Made by a program: the position numbers and the translations under genes. This document shows positions 10,538 through 19,409 of a DNA stretch of 64,000 nt, piece by piece (within the stretch, counting starts at the first letter, position 1; each line of letters begins with the position of its first letter). Source of the DNA: Nitrospirota bacterium (GTDB lineage Bacteria > Nitrospirota > UBA9217); the NCBI GenBank assembly GCA_963751455.1, contig CAVVUN010000015.1, positions 768,001 through 832,000 of the forward strand. Direction: 5' to 3'. A model generated the notes under the pieces. It was not told where the DNA came from and did not search any database. It saw nothing but the letters and a program-made list of their open reading frames with translations.

Positions 10538-11167
10538 ATGAAACAGACCGTGATACTGATGATAGTTATGTTCATGCCCTGCATTGCTATGTCGGGTGAA
10601 AACCGGACCGACCACGATAAAGTACATGCAAGTACCGGCCATAAGAAAAAAAATAACGTGCTTTCACCGCTTCATACCGAGAAATATGAATACTACGAGG
10701 TTTGCGGATGCTGCGAAAAGGATCTGCAGTGTGAGATGTCTGACAAGGCCATCAGGTGGAAGGATGGGAACAGGTACGACTCAGTAACAAACTGGAAAGT
10801 GAAATGGGATTATGATTACAATCGTGGTCCGGAGACATGTTTTGCTGATTCCTTCAGGGTGAATATCGATATAATCTTTCATCTCCCCAAATGGGTTTGC
10901 AGCCATGCCCCTCAGTCCCTGCTCGACAGATGGGATAACTATATAAAGAAATTAATTTCGCATGAAAATGAACATCGCGACCTGGCATTGGGCGCCGCGG
11001 CTGATCTTACCCGCACAGTCGCCGAATTGCCACCTGTTCGTACATGCGCGGAGCTGGATCGGAAAATAAACGACCTGTGCCATGAACGAATGCAGAAACT
11101 CGATGAGGATCAGAAAGCGTATGATGAAACCACAAGCCATGGTTTCAAGGAGTTGTCGTTTCCATAA
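10538..11167 (+). CDS. DUF922-like secreted Zn-dependent protease
   Basis: Signal peptide; W..KWDY, LPKW, HENEH (HExxH) and Q..YD..T.HG motifs typical of DUF922. Confidence 0.75.
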   Translation: MKQTVILMIVMFMPCIAMSGENRTDHDKVHASTGHKKKNNVLSPLHTEKYEYYEVCGCCEKDLQCEMSDKAIRWKDGNRYDSVTNWKVKWDYDYNRGPETCFADSFRVNIDIIFHLPKWVCSHAPQSLLDRWDNYIKKLISHENEHRDLALGAAADLTRTVAELPPVRTCAELDRKINDLCHERMQKLDEDQKAYDETTSHGFKELSFP

Positions 11168-11193
11168 TCGATCCTGAAGAGTACCGAAATTAT

Positions 11194-11222
11194 AAAAGCA
11201 GGCTGGAGGCCAGCCTGCTTGA
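11194..11222. terminator. Terminator hairpin between convergent genes
   Basis: AAGCAGGCTGG-agg-CCAGCCTGCTT. Confidence 0.65.
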
Positions 11223-11230
11223 ATGAACTT

Positions 11231-11575
11231 TTAACGGCTGATTTCGAACAGATCGTAGTTCCTGACCGATGATTCTTTGCCTGCCATGTTCTGGCGCAGA
11301 CTGCCGGCTGCCGAGCCTTCCACTACGCGGCTATTTGATGCCGCCGGCGCGATCTCGAACAGATCATTGTAAATAGAAAAATCATTACTATTCACTTTTG
11401 TACGGGCGCTGCCCGCAGCCGAGCCCTCAAAGGCACTGTTCGCATGAGTAAGCGCTGCAGGAGCAATCTGGAATATATCGCCGTAATAAGAATCTCCGTT
11501 ATAGTCTGCCGCATAAACCGTCCCGAGACCAGCAACAAACACCATTGCAATCGTAAACAGAAAAGTCTTCTTCAT
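11231..11575 (-). CDS. Small secreted protein with internal repeats (DLFEIAPAA...EGSAAGS)
   Basis: RBS AGGGGTG; signal peptide MKKTFLF...VYA; about 2.5 repeats. Confidence 0.7.
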   Translation of the reverse strand: MKKTFLFTIAMVFVAGLGTVYAADYNGDSYYGDIFQIAPAALTHANSAFEGSAAGSARTKVNSNDFSIYNDLFEIAPAASNSRVVEGSAAGSLRQNMAGKESSVRNYDLFEISR

Positions 11576-11758
11576 TGTCAACACCCCTTTCTTTTTAAAA
11601 TTTGATAAGTACTGCATACCGAAACCATTCATTTTTCATCACCTCTTTTTATTCCGTGCTTTAAAACACGTTTCGATCATTCCAGAAGGCTAAGCGGAGG
11701 CCTGACTACTGTTAGACTGAACATGAATCCTGTTTGCCTGCCTTCTATCATTCTTAAT

Positions 11759-11775
11759 TTGCATATGCCGTGCCA
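11759..11775 (-). promoter_or_regulatory. sigma54 -24/-12 promoter
   Basis: Minus strand TGGCACGGCATATGCAA with GG-N10-GC spacing, upstream of 11231-11575. Confidence 0.65.
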
Positions 11776-12490
11776 GCCGGCAATCGTAGTTAAAGCCATG
11801 AAAATACAAATTATCCAATCACTGCAGTAACTATTGCTGAATCTACTGCTCCAAAGTGTTGTAGGATTTACTACTAAAGGTTATCAAGATGGCGGCGGCT
11901 TCCGGAAATCCTCTGGTGAATACCGGTGCTGCTACCTCATCATTGCATCATCTCCCACTCGAGCGGAGGGAGCGGAATCTTGAAAACCAATAAACATGAG
12001 TACATCACGATTTGTGTTTAGATTGATGATTACCCCGGAATGATTCGAGGAGCCTTTTTTGGGGTGCAATTTTTGTTTTGGGTTTTGTGATTGTATCAAA
12101 TACTACAGTACTTCGTTGAAAGCGTTTTATATCCGGTTTTGACGTTTCAGAAGAGCAATGAAAGCATTGAAGTCTTGGTTAGTTTGCCAACTTGTCGCGA
12201 TCACTTAAAGCTGTTCCTCTCGTTCTCTCCTGTTTGACTTTGTCAAACACCCTTGATTCGGTCAATCTGAAAGCCATCACGAAGAACGTTTTTACAATCT
12301 GGGACAGCAATGGTAATCAAGTGGCAAAAAAGCGTGTTGACATGGTCGGCAAAAAGAACCTGGGCTTCAGCGGCGTTAAAGCGGTAAATGAAAAGACCAT
12401 CGGTGAGTGGCGCGAATCATACGAGAATTCTCTGGATAAAATCATCGGTTCGCTTTAAATCAATCTGAATCGGCAACCCACAGAAAATAA

Positions 12491-12524
12491 AGGAGCTGCG
12501 GTAGTCTACCGCGGCTCTTTTTTA
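12491..12524 (+). terminator. Rho-independent terminator
   Basis: GAGCTGCGGTAG-t-CTACCGCGGCTC followed by a T run. Confidence 0.65.
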
Positions 12525-12555
12525 TGCGGAAGCGGCGTTGAATTGTTCGAAATAG

Positions 12556-12583
12556 GGAACAACATCCGAAATATTCCGTTTAA
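12556..12583 (+). promoter_or_regulatory. ECF sigma promoter (copy 1)
   Basis: GGAAC-N16-CGTTTAA upstream of the ECF sigma gene; the same motif and spacing occur at 13398 and 30897. Confidence 0.75.
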
Positions 12584-12665
12584 ATAAGTATACAGGGACA
12601 TAATGAGATCCCGTCAGCCAATCCCGTGGTTATCAAGTATATGGCATTAATCACCCATATCCTGT

Positions 12666-13253
12666 ATGATATTTCCCGTGCGAAACGGTAAAGACCTTCC
12701 ACTCATAACCAGGTTCAAAAGCGGCGACAATTCCGCATTTGAGGAGATCGTCCTCAAATACCAGGACAGGATTTACAACCTCTGCAGGCACATGCTTGAA
12801 AACGGGCACAATGCAGAGGATGCAGCCCAGGAAGTTTTTCTGAAAGCCTATCAAGCTCTTCCCAGGTTCCAGCCCGACGCATCCCTTTATACCTGGCTTT
12901 ACCGCATCGCAGTCAATACGTGCATTGATTATAAGAGAATACCCGTTTGGGAATCTCTTTTCGGGAAATCAGAAAAGGGAGAGTTTCTTCTCCATGACCG
13001 CGCCTCTGAAGATCCTTCTCCCGAACGGCTCTACGAATCCAAGCAAATGGACCGGGCGCTGCAAGCCGGGCTCGCGAAATTATCTCCGAAACTGCGGGCA
13101 GTCATACTATTGAAGGAGATCGAGGAGTTATCCTACGAAGAAATTGCAGAAACTCTCGATATTTCAATCGGAACGGTCAAATCGCGGATTGCCAGGGCTA
13201 GGGAAGAATTAAGAAAAATAATGACCCGAGAAACGGCAGTTGGACGCAGATAA
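12666..13253 (+). CDS. ECF RNA polymerase sigma-70 factor
   Basis: AEDAAQEVFLKAY, TWLYRIAVN (region 2); LSYEEIAETLDISIGTVKSRIARAR (region 4). Confidence 0.95.
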   Translation: MIFPVRNGKDLPLITRFKSGDNSAFEEIVLKYQDRIYNLCRHMLENGHNAEDAAQEVFLKAYQALPRFQPDASLYTWLYRIAVNTCIDYKRIPVWESLFGKSEKGEFLLHDRASEDPSPERLYESKQMDRALQAGLAKLSPKLRAVILLKEIEELSYEEIAETLDISIGTVKSRIARAREELRKIMTRETAVGRR

Positions 13254-13383
13254 AGGCGGAAAAGGCGGATTAAGATTGAAACGAAAGTCACCAACGGGTG
13301 AAGTTTTTAATAAGAAGGCTGGTTTTATTGTTTGATTTATCCGATGTTATCCGATTTTTCCGCGTCCAAATGCTCTTTTTAAA
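13226..13383. mobile_element. Diverged MITE related to family 1, inserted in the last codons of the sigma gene
   Basis: Ends resemble family-1 TIRs (gcagttggac...gtccaaatgc); flanked by ATGAC/ATGAA; removing it restores ...RKIMKDFREQNE*. Confidence 0.6.
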
Positions 13384-13397
13384 ATGAAAGATTTCAG

Positions 13398-13425
13398 GGA
13401 ACAAAATGAATAAAATCGCGTTTAA
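13398..13425 (+). promoter_or_regulatory. ECF sigma promoter (copy 2)
   Basis: GGAAC-N16-CGTTTAA upstream of the anti-sigma gene. Confidence 0.7.
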
Positions 13426-13436
13426 CCATATAGGAG

Positions 13437-13925
13437 ATGACCATGAAGTGCTTACAGTCTGAAACCATATCGGCATATTTAGACGGCGAATTGGACGATA
13501 AGAAGCGAAGTGCTGCAGAAATCCATTTCAAAAGTTGCGCCCATTGCGCAGGGGCGCTCGAGGAAATGCGATCGCTGCGGACCGCGTTCTCAAACGCAGA
13601 GCAGTACCCTGCTCCCCGTGGTTTTTCAAGCCGGGTAATGGCACGAACAGCGGCCCTGAAATCCCCATCACCCTACCCTCTCCCCGCAGGGGAGAGGATT
13701 AGAGGCATGCGTGCACCGGCGTTCTTAAAGTTTGCAGAAGCCGCGGTGCTGATCGTCGTGATCACCGTCGGCGTCATGACAGGAAAAGTCATGGTAAACG
13801 GCTCTTCTAACTTGAAGACAACGAACATGTCATCCTCTTTCTCCCTGGATGTGTTCGATGCGGCGCCGCCGGACTCTCTGGGGGGAGCATATCTTGCCAT
13901 GACGGAGGTCGCTCATGAAAAATAA
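13437..13925 (+). CDS. Zinc-binding anti-sigma factor (zf-HC2) with TM helix
   Basis: C...SAYLDGEL...HFKSCAHC; single TM; follows the ECF sigma gene. Confidence 0.9.
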   Translation: MTMKCLQSETISAYLDGELDDKKRSAAEIHFKSCAHCAGALEEMRSLRTAFSNAEQYPAPRGFSSRVMARTAALKSPSPYPLPAGERIRGMRAPAFLKFAEAAVLIVVITVGVMTGKVMVNGSSNLKTTNMSSSFSLDVFDAAPPDSLGGAYLAMTEVAHEK

Positions 13926-14403
13926 CATCATCAAATTTGCCCTGGCGGCCTCCCTTATATTGAATCTGTCGGTATTCGCCACGGCCGGATACCGCTATTA
14001 TGCGCAGTCCCGGCTATGGGTTTCGCCCTTCGGCAAGATAATGGAGAAGAACCGTTTTCTGTTCGAAGAGCTCTCGCTGAAACCGGATCAAATGAGCTTG
14101 ATGAAAAGCAAAGCCATACCGTTCCGGGTGGAGATCGACAGGCGGAGGCAGAAAGTCGATGCGAAAAGGAAAGAACTGGTTGCGCTCATGCGCCTTGATA
14201 AGCCCGATAAAAAGGCAATCGACACGACGATCAAGGAGATAAGCAGTAAACAGGAAGAGATGCAGCGGATGATAGCCGGCCACATGCTTGAGATAAAGTC
14301 GTCCCTCGATAAAGGCCAGCAGCAGAAGTTCCTGGATCTCATAGAACGCAGCATGCTCGGTAGCGGTCAGATGTCATGTCCGCCCGGACAACTTCGGAGG
14401 TAG
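13915..14403 (+). CDS. Periplasmic heavy-metal sensor / Spy-CpxP-ZraP-like protein
   Basis: N-terminal anchor SLILNL; LSLKPDQ and LDKGQQQKF (LTxxQ-like) motifs; third gene of the ECF operon. Confidence 0.8.
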   Translation: MKNNIIKFALAASLILNLSVFATAGYRYYAQSRLWVSPFGKIMEKNRFLFEELSLKPDQMSLMKSKAIPFRVEIDRRRQKVDAKRKELVALMRLDKPDKKAIDTTIKEISSKQEEMQRMIAGHMLEIKSSLDKGQQQKFLDLIERSMLGSGQMSCPPGQLRR

Positions 14404-14632
14404 CTATGTTGCGAATACGGCGTGAAGTCAATTGCAATCAGATGCGTGCTCGCCGCTAATTAAACCATGACCTCACACAATCAGGAGAGTCGTGCGCGAA
14501 TAGGAAGGCATAGTGGACCGGGTCCCGGAAGTTTGATGGTAAATGCCGTCGTTCGCCGCCGTCCTTACGTCAAGCATAACGAGGGCGAAAAGTATTTGCA
14601 TTGACAATTGGTGTAAATGCAATTTATCACCA

Positions 14633-14695
14633 TGTTTCACCTACTACTAAACAGGAGTTCGTAGAAGTGAACCTGTAACAATTACTGCGTGAAAC
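14633..14695. repeat. Direct repeat A flanking the RM-TA module
   Basis: 22 bp TGTTTCACCTACTACTAAACAG identical to 19104, with further similarity GTAGAA..TGAA.CTGTAACA. Confidence 0.75.
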
Positions 14696-14702
14696 CGCAT
14701 GC

Positions 14703-15731
14703 TTACTTCGTCTTGAACTTCCTCAGCCCTGTGCAATCCACAAGCCTGTCCATATTTTGAAGCGTAAAAACTTTTCCGCGCGTAGCCAGCAGCATTTTTT
14801 TCATATCTTCGCGCCGTACGCCGAAACCACGGCCTGCAATACAGGCAATAACTTCATATTTCGGTTTTCCTGCCGGTTGACCTTCCATACTCAATTGCCC
14901 CAGGTGTTGAATGCGAGTGACCTTGTCACGTGCTGTTCCGTCGTCCTCGGTAATTTTCGCTTCAATGATCACCTTCGGGTTGAATTCGCTGGGAATGATA
15001 AAATCAGGCGCCTGGTCGAAATCCTGAAGTTTCTCCGCTCTTTTTGTTTTCCTGTAGCTGACACCCGCTTTGCTCAACACTTCCTCAATTACGGATTCTA
15101 AGCTATCCCCGATAAGTTCGCTTACGGAATCGCGGTGCCCTGCAAAAGGCCTTCCGAGAAAGCGCTCGTACAGGAGCATTGCGTAAGGGGCCCCGATTTC
15201 CGCAAGTGTCCTGATACCCTCCAGGCCGTTTTTGGTATCTGCCTTATCAAGGCGGTGTATCTTATCGGGCTCTACAGCCGGGACTTTTCTTGTTAAAAAT
15301 TCGCAAGCCGTTATTATCAGCGCATTAAGTCGATCAGCTGTGACTCCATTAACTAATAGTGGCGTTAATGGCGCCATGCGAATCTTACGGTCAATTGAGC
15401 GGACGCACCCTTGCGTAACCTCCACTTTAGTGTGTTGAGTAGTCACGTATGCCCACTCAGGCGGCGTGAATCCCAGAATTGTTCGAATTACGATAAACGT
15501 GGCAGGTACTGACTTAACACAAGAAATTACCGTATCGGGAGAAAGATTGCTGAAACTGCCTGTGCACTTCTTAAGCGCCTCGTAACCTTGCTCGAATATT
15601 TGGTATTCAACGAATCCCTCACCCTTGGGCATAATTAAAAATTCAGATTCAAGGCAGGAAAATACAGCTGCCACATATTGATCCAAATCCGCCCGCACTT
15701 GTTCGAAAGCCACCTCAAAAGGAAATTTCAT
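14703..15731 (-). CDS. Putative PD-(D/E)xK restriction endonuclease
   Basis: LESVIEEVL...PDFIIP...IIEAK catalytic pattern; overlaps the end of the methyltransferase gene. Confidence 0.65.
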   Translation of the reverse strand: MKFPFEVAFEQVRADLDQYVAAVFSCLESEFLIMPKGEGFVEYQIFEQGYEALKKCTGSFSNLSPDTVISCVKSVPATFIVIRTILGFTPPEWAYVTTQHTKVEVTQGCVRSIDRKIRMAPLTPLLVNGVTADRLNALIITACEFLTRKVPAVEPDKIHRLDKADTKNGLEGIRTLAEIGAPYAMLLYERFLGRPFAGHRDSVSELIGDSLESVIEEVLSKAGVSYRKTKRAEKLQDFDQAPDFIIPSEFNPKVIIEAKITEDDGTARDKVTRIQHLGQLSMEGQPAGKPKYEVIACIAGRGFGVRREDMKKMLLATRGKVFTLQNMDRLVDCTGLRKFKTK

Positions 15732-17925
15732 CGCTGTCCGCCCCATAAATTTCTGATTTTTCTTTTACAGCTACTGTCCTAACCATCGCTGCATTCATCA
15801 GTTCTTCGCTAAAATGCTTTTCAACAGCTTCTAATCCGCCGAACTCCACAATCATCGACGCAACTGCCGCAGTCTTATCCCGGAGCGGCTTCGACTTGTC
15901 CCATTGGTGCCGCAGATGCCATACAGCGAGCCTTATAAGATGCCCATAAATAATGCAACGCACATCTCCCCGTGTTTCCTTGAGACCAGCTTGACGCAGT
16001 TTTTCCACATCATCTCGAACCAGATCGGCAAGCGCTGCCGGTGTTTTCACCAGCCAGCGAGCAGGCACAGAGCCGGTAGATCGACAGACAAAAACCGTAT
16101 CAACAATAGACGAACCGGTGCCATTGATATGGATCGAGGCGCCCATCTCAGCCGGGCATGGCAAGGATGCGGAACAGACCAGGCCGGAATCGAGCATTGC
16201 CACGGCAATGGGATAATAGGCTTCAAGACTATTATGATGATAGGTAAACGCCAGGGGATGACCGGGTTTTAAAGCACGCGCCATTTTTTGGAATACAAGC
16301 GAGAGGCCTTCCGTAAAATGGTCGAGGCCCCGTTCCATATTGACGTTGCCTGTAAGTTCCTGTTTGTCCCGGGTCGTATCGCGTGCGAAAGCCGGGTCCC
16401 CTGCTCCCACGAGCCGCCGCAGCCAAACATAGCAGAAATCCATCAGTTCAGCATACTGCACATTTCCGTAATAGGGAGGGTCGGTAAACACCGCGTCCAC
16501 GCTGGCAGGCTTCAGGTCAGCTTCCATCGAGCTTTGACTGAGAATGCGGATTTCGCGTCTCGCCAATGGGACAGTCCCGTTTCTCTGGTCGCCGATCCAT
16601 TCATTCTGAATAGGAACCAGAATTTTGCGTCCCTCTACGTGCCGTATCTCAAAGGGCGCATCACAATAAGCTTTGGCCTTAAAGTATTTTTCAATGATGT
16701 TGGACCAACCGCCGCTCCCGACGCTCATGCCCCCGCCGTTCATGATTCCCAAAAAGTTCGACTCACACTGCACAAGCCCCACTGGAAAACCATGAACGGA
16801 AAAGATATCGAGCGATTTAAGCGCCATTGAGTCATACCGGCAGAGCATGTTCTGGTAACGAAGAAGATCTGAAAGATTGGTCGCGAGAGCATTACGAACA
16901 CGCTCATCCACGACGCCGGCAATGGCCCGGCAGCTCAGCTCCAGCCCGAGGAGCTGGCGCGAATTGAACATCTCACTATATTTTTTATAGCCCCATCGAT
17001 GGAGCCGCGCCGTCTCATCGCCCCCCAATATCGCGTCATCGGGCACAAACGTAGTCTCCATACTACTCAATCTGTTCGCGGCCTCGGCATATTTCGCCAG
17101 GTCGGTTCGCGAAGGCTTCTTAAAGAATCTTCCCTCGTGACCCGGTTTACATTTTTTACAGTGATACTCCATAGCATACATCCGATGAACCGGCGGATGT
17201 TCAGGCTTGAAAGAGTAGGAGTTATCCTTGCCGCAGTGTTTGCATGAATATTTGCTTCTTCGGGCGGGGCCTTCGATCACCAGGCGTTCGCCGCATGACT
17301 TGCACTTACCCGGCCGTTGCCGGTCTTTTGCTCCGCTCAATTCGCCGCAACACGAGCAAACATAGACGTTCTCCGGATGCCGTTTATCTTCCGCAAGCAG
17401 GTATCCGGGGAAAAGATCGTTTGCTTTCCCGCAGCCGGTGCAGGTATGTTGCTTTACCCAGAGGAAATATTTTACGTGAGCCGTCCTTGACCCGCACTCA
17501 AGGCAAGTCGTGCGGTACAAGCTTCCGATCTCCCGCTCCAATCCGCTGACAAGCTCATCCGCTGCTTTACGATAGGCTTTTAAATCAAGGTGCTCGATCT
17601 CCTGCCGTACAATCCAATAGGACATGGGGTTGATGTCGTAACCGATCACATCGCAACCAACGCGGTTTGCCTCAAGGATAGGCGTGCCTCCTCCCATGAA
17701 GGGATCAACTACAACAAGGCCCGATAGATTATTGGAAGAGTAAAAAGCATCCTGGAGCGGTTTGTCTACGAATTCCGAAAGGAGAAGCCCGCGGAAAAGG
17801 GTCCCCGGCCGCCGGGCGAACCATTTGTGAACGGCAATAATAGGCCGGTAATTTTGCTGAATTTGCTTTTCTCGCAGTGCCAGGGAGGAAATAAATGGGA
17901 CTTCGAATTTTTTTTCTATGGACAT
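15715..17925 (-). CDS. Amino (N6A/N4C) DNA methyltransferase, DUF1156-like, with multiple Zn ribbons
   Basis: HKWFARRP, DPFMGGG (motif I), FTDPPYY (motif IV), six CxxC pairs. Confidence 0.88.
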   Translation of the reverse strand: MSIEKKFEVPFISSLALREKQIQQNYRPIIAVHKWFARRPGTLFRGLLLSEFVDKPLQDAFYSSNNLSGLVVVDPFMGGGTPILEANRVGCDVIGYDINPMSYWIVRQEIEHLDLKAYRKAADELVSGLEREIGSLYRTTCLECGSRTAHVKYFLWVKQHTCTGCGKANDLFPGYLLAEDKRHPENVYVCSCCGELSGAKDRQRPGKCKSCGERLVIEGPARRSKYSCKHCGKDNSYSFKPEHPPVHRMYAMEYHCKKCKPGHEGRFFKKPSRTDLAKYAEAANRLSSMETTFVPDDAILGGDETARLHRWGYKKYSEMFNSRQLLGLELSCRAIAGVVDERVRNALATNLSDLLRYQNMLCRYDSMALKSLDIFSVHGFPVGLVQCESNFLGIMNGGGMSVGSGGWSNIIEKYFKAKAYCDAPFEIRHVEGRKILVPIQNEWIGDQRNGTVPLARREIRILSQSSMEADLKPASVDAVFTDPPYYGNVQYAELMDFCYVWLRRLVGAGDPAFARDTTRDKQELTGNVNMERGLDHFTEGLSLVFQKMARALKPGHPLAFTYHHNSLEAYYPIAVAMLDSGLVCSASLPCPAEMGASIHINGTGSSIVDTVFVCRSTGSVPARWLVKTPAALADLVRDDVEKLRQAGLKETRGDVRCIIYGHLIRLAVWHLRHQWDKSKPLRDKTAAVASMIVEFGGLEAVEKHFSEELMNAAMVRTVAVKEKSEIYGADSDEISF

Positions 17926-18061
17926 GGGATTTTTGGTAAGAAGAATAATGCTTCTCGATGAAAAGACAGTACAGCAATTTTGTTGAAAAAGCAAGGTGGG
18001 AGAGTATGGGGAGGACGTTTACAGAGCGAAGATATGGTTTCGAAACGTGGTGCAAGAATTT

Positions 18062-18513
18062 TTATGCAGCAATGAGATCCGCCAAAACGACTACTTTGAT
18101 TTCCTTAACCTGTCTGAGTTTTTTGTCATTGGTAACGAATGCATCAGCGCCGGCATGGACAGCCGCTGCGATTTGAATGGCATCAAGCGCCCTTAAATCC
18201 AGATAGTGCCCTCTCAACTTTCCGGCATCCTCGGCTATCGATGTTGTAATTTCAAGCATGTTGAAATTTATGCCATGTTCGAGGAACTCTGCGAATTTTC
18301 TTGCGAGCTTGTTGTCGCCTGCTTGTATTGGTTTCGGCAATACCTCAGTAAGGGTTATTACAAAGGAAAAGGCGGTTATGCGTCCTGAAAGGAATAAATC
18401 GAAAACTTCTTTTGTAAGGGGGCCGAACCGGGGATGGGCCTCGATGTAATAGATGATCGGCGCGGTATCAATGAAAAGGGTATTTAACCGGAAAACGTTT
18501 CGGCAATGGTCAT
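18062..18513 (-). CDS. vapC: PIN-domain toxin (VapC), frameshifted near the 5' end
   Basis: FIDTAPIIY, TLTEVL, ALDAIQIAAA, FVTNDKKL; ATG 18513 overlaps the antitoxin stop. Confidence 0.8.
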
Positions 18514-18734
18514 GCCCGATCTTCCCTCAAGCGGTTGACATACTCCTGCGCGTCCTCATTTACCCAAAGGCCTTGGCCCAGGCCGTAGAGCTGGCTTAAA
18601 TCGTGTTTTTTCATAAGTCCGGTTTTTCTCAGTTGATGCGCAAGCTTCTCAACCAGCTTAAGCTGGTCTTCAGGCGAAAGTTTTTCTATTTGTCTCTCAA
18701 GTTCTTCCAAGGTTCCCTTTGCCATTTTATTCAC
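18510..18734 (-). CDS. Putative antitoxin paired with the PIN toxin
   Basis: 74 aa, directly upstream of vapC; LYGLGQGLW...DAQEYVNRLRED tail. Confidence 0.75.
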   Translation of the reverse strand: MNKMAKGTLEELERQIEKLSPEDQLKLVEKLAHQLRKTGLMKKHDLSQLYGLGQGLWVNEDAQEYVNRLREDRA

Positions 18735-19103
18735 CTAAGAAAAGAATACTACAAACCTTTTGAAAAGGCAAGGAAAGTCTACCCCAATGTCAGGCAGAAA
18801 TATCGTATATTTATTGTACCCGACAGCCAAAGCCGCGCACACGGTATCAGGAGTCTATGTGAGTTTGGGTCAAGAGAAACCTTCGGACGGGAAGGGAGTT
18901 ACGGTTGACTTTTTCGGGCGAAGATTGAAATTTGATCTTTCGAGGCGCTGTTTATTTTACCTACAAGTCCGCACTTGGATTAACGTGAAGCAATTATCAA
19001 TTACCGGGTGAAACATGCACCGAAACTACTCACGGCTGCTTAATTCGCAAGTCCATTTCGGTCACTACGTCCCGGAGATTCGCTCTGGAAGGAAAGAGCT
19101 GTT

Positions 19104-19165
19104 TGTTTCACCTACTACTAAACAGATTTCTGTAGAATGAAACTGTAACAGTTGCCAAGTGGAAA
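19104..19165. repeat. Direct repeat B flanking the RM-TA module
   Basis: Matches 14633-14695. Confidence 0.75.
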
Positions 19166-19329
19166 TTGTTAATACGAAAAAAGGGGGAAGAGCTGGAATG
19201 TCAAACCGCAAGACCTGGCCCTAAAGATTCGTTCTATGCGTAATGGACGAGCCATACAGGGGAGTTAGCAGAAGTTTAAAGAAAAGTCCAACAGTATGGA
19301 CCTGACCCTAAGAGGTTCCCTGATTGAAA

Positions 19330-19386
19330 GTTGAGCGAACGGGTAACTCGCCGCAAGGCAAGTCGAGGTTGACCCGCTGGTTGGAT
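19330..19386 (-). other. Degenerate integron attC-like site after the AbiJ gene
   Basis: Minus strand ATCCAAC-CAGCG-GGTCAACC...AGTTACC; L''/L' arms pair with extra C bases; R' box degenerate. Confidence 0.45.
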
Positions 19387-19409
19387 CATTATGTTATGTA
19401 TTAATTTAC

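Noticed and set aside
12192-12458. 88-aa ORF before a terminator
   Set aside because: TTG start without an RBS and no recognisable motif; possibly a gene remnant but not supportable.
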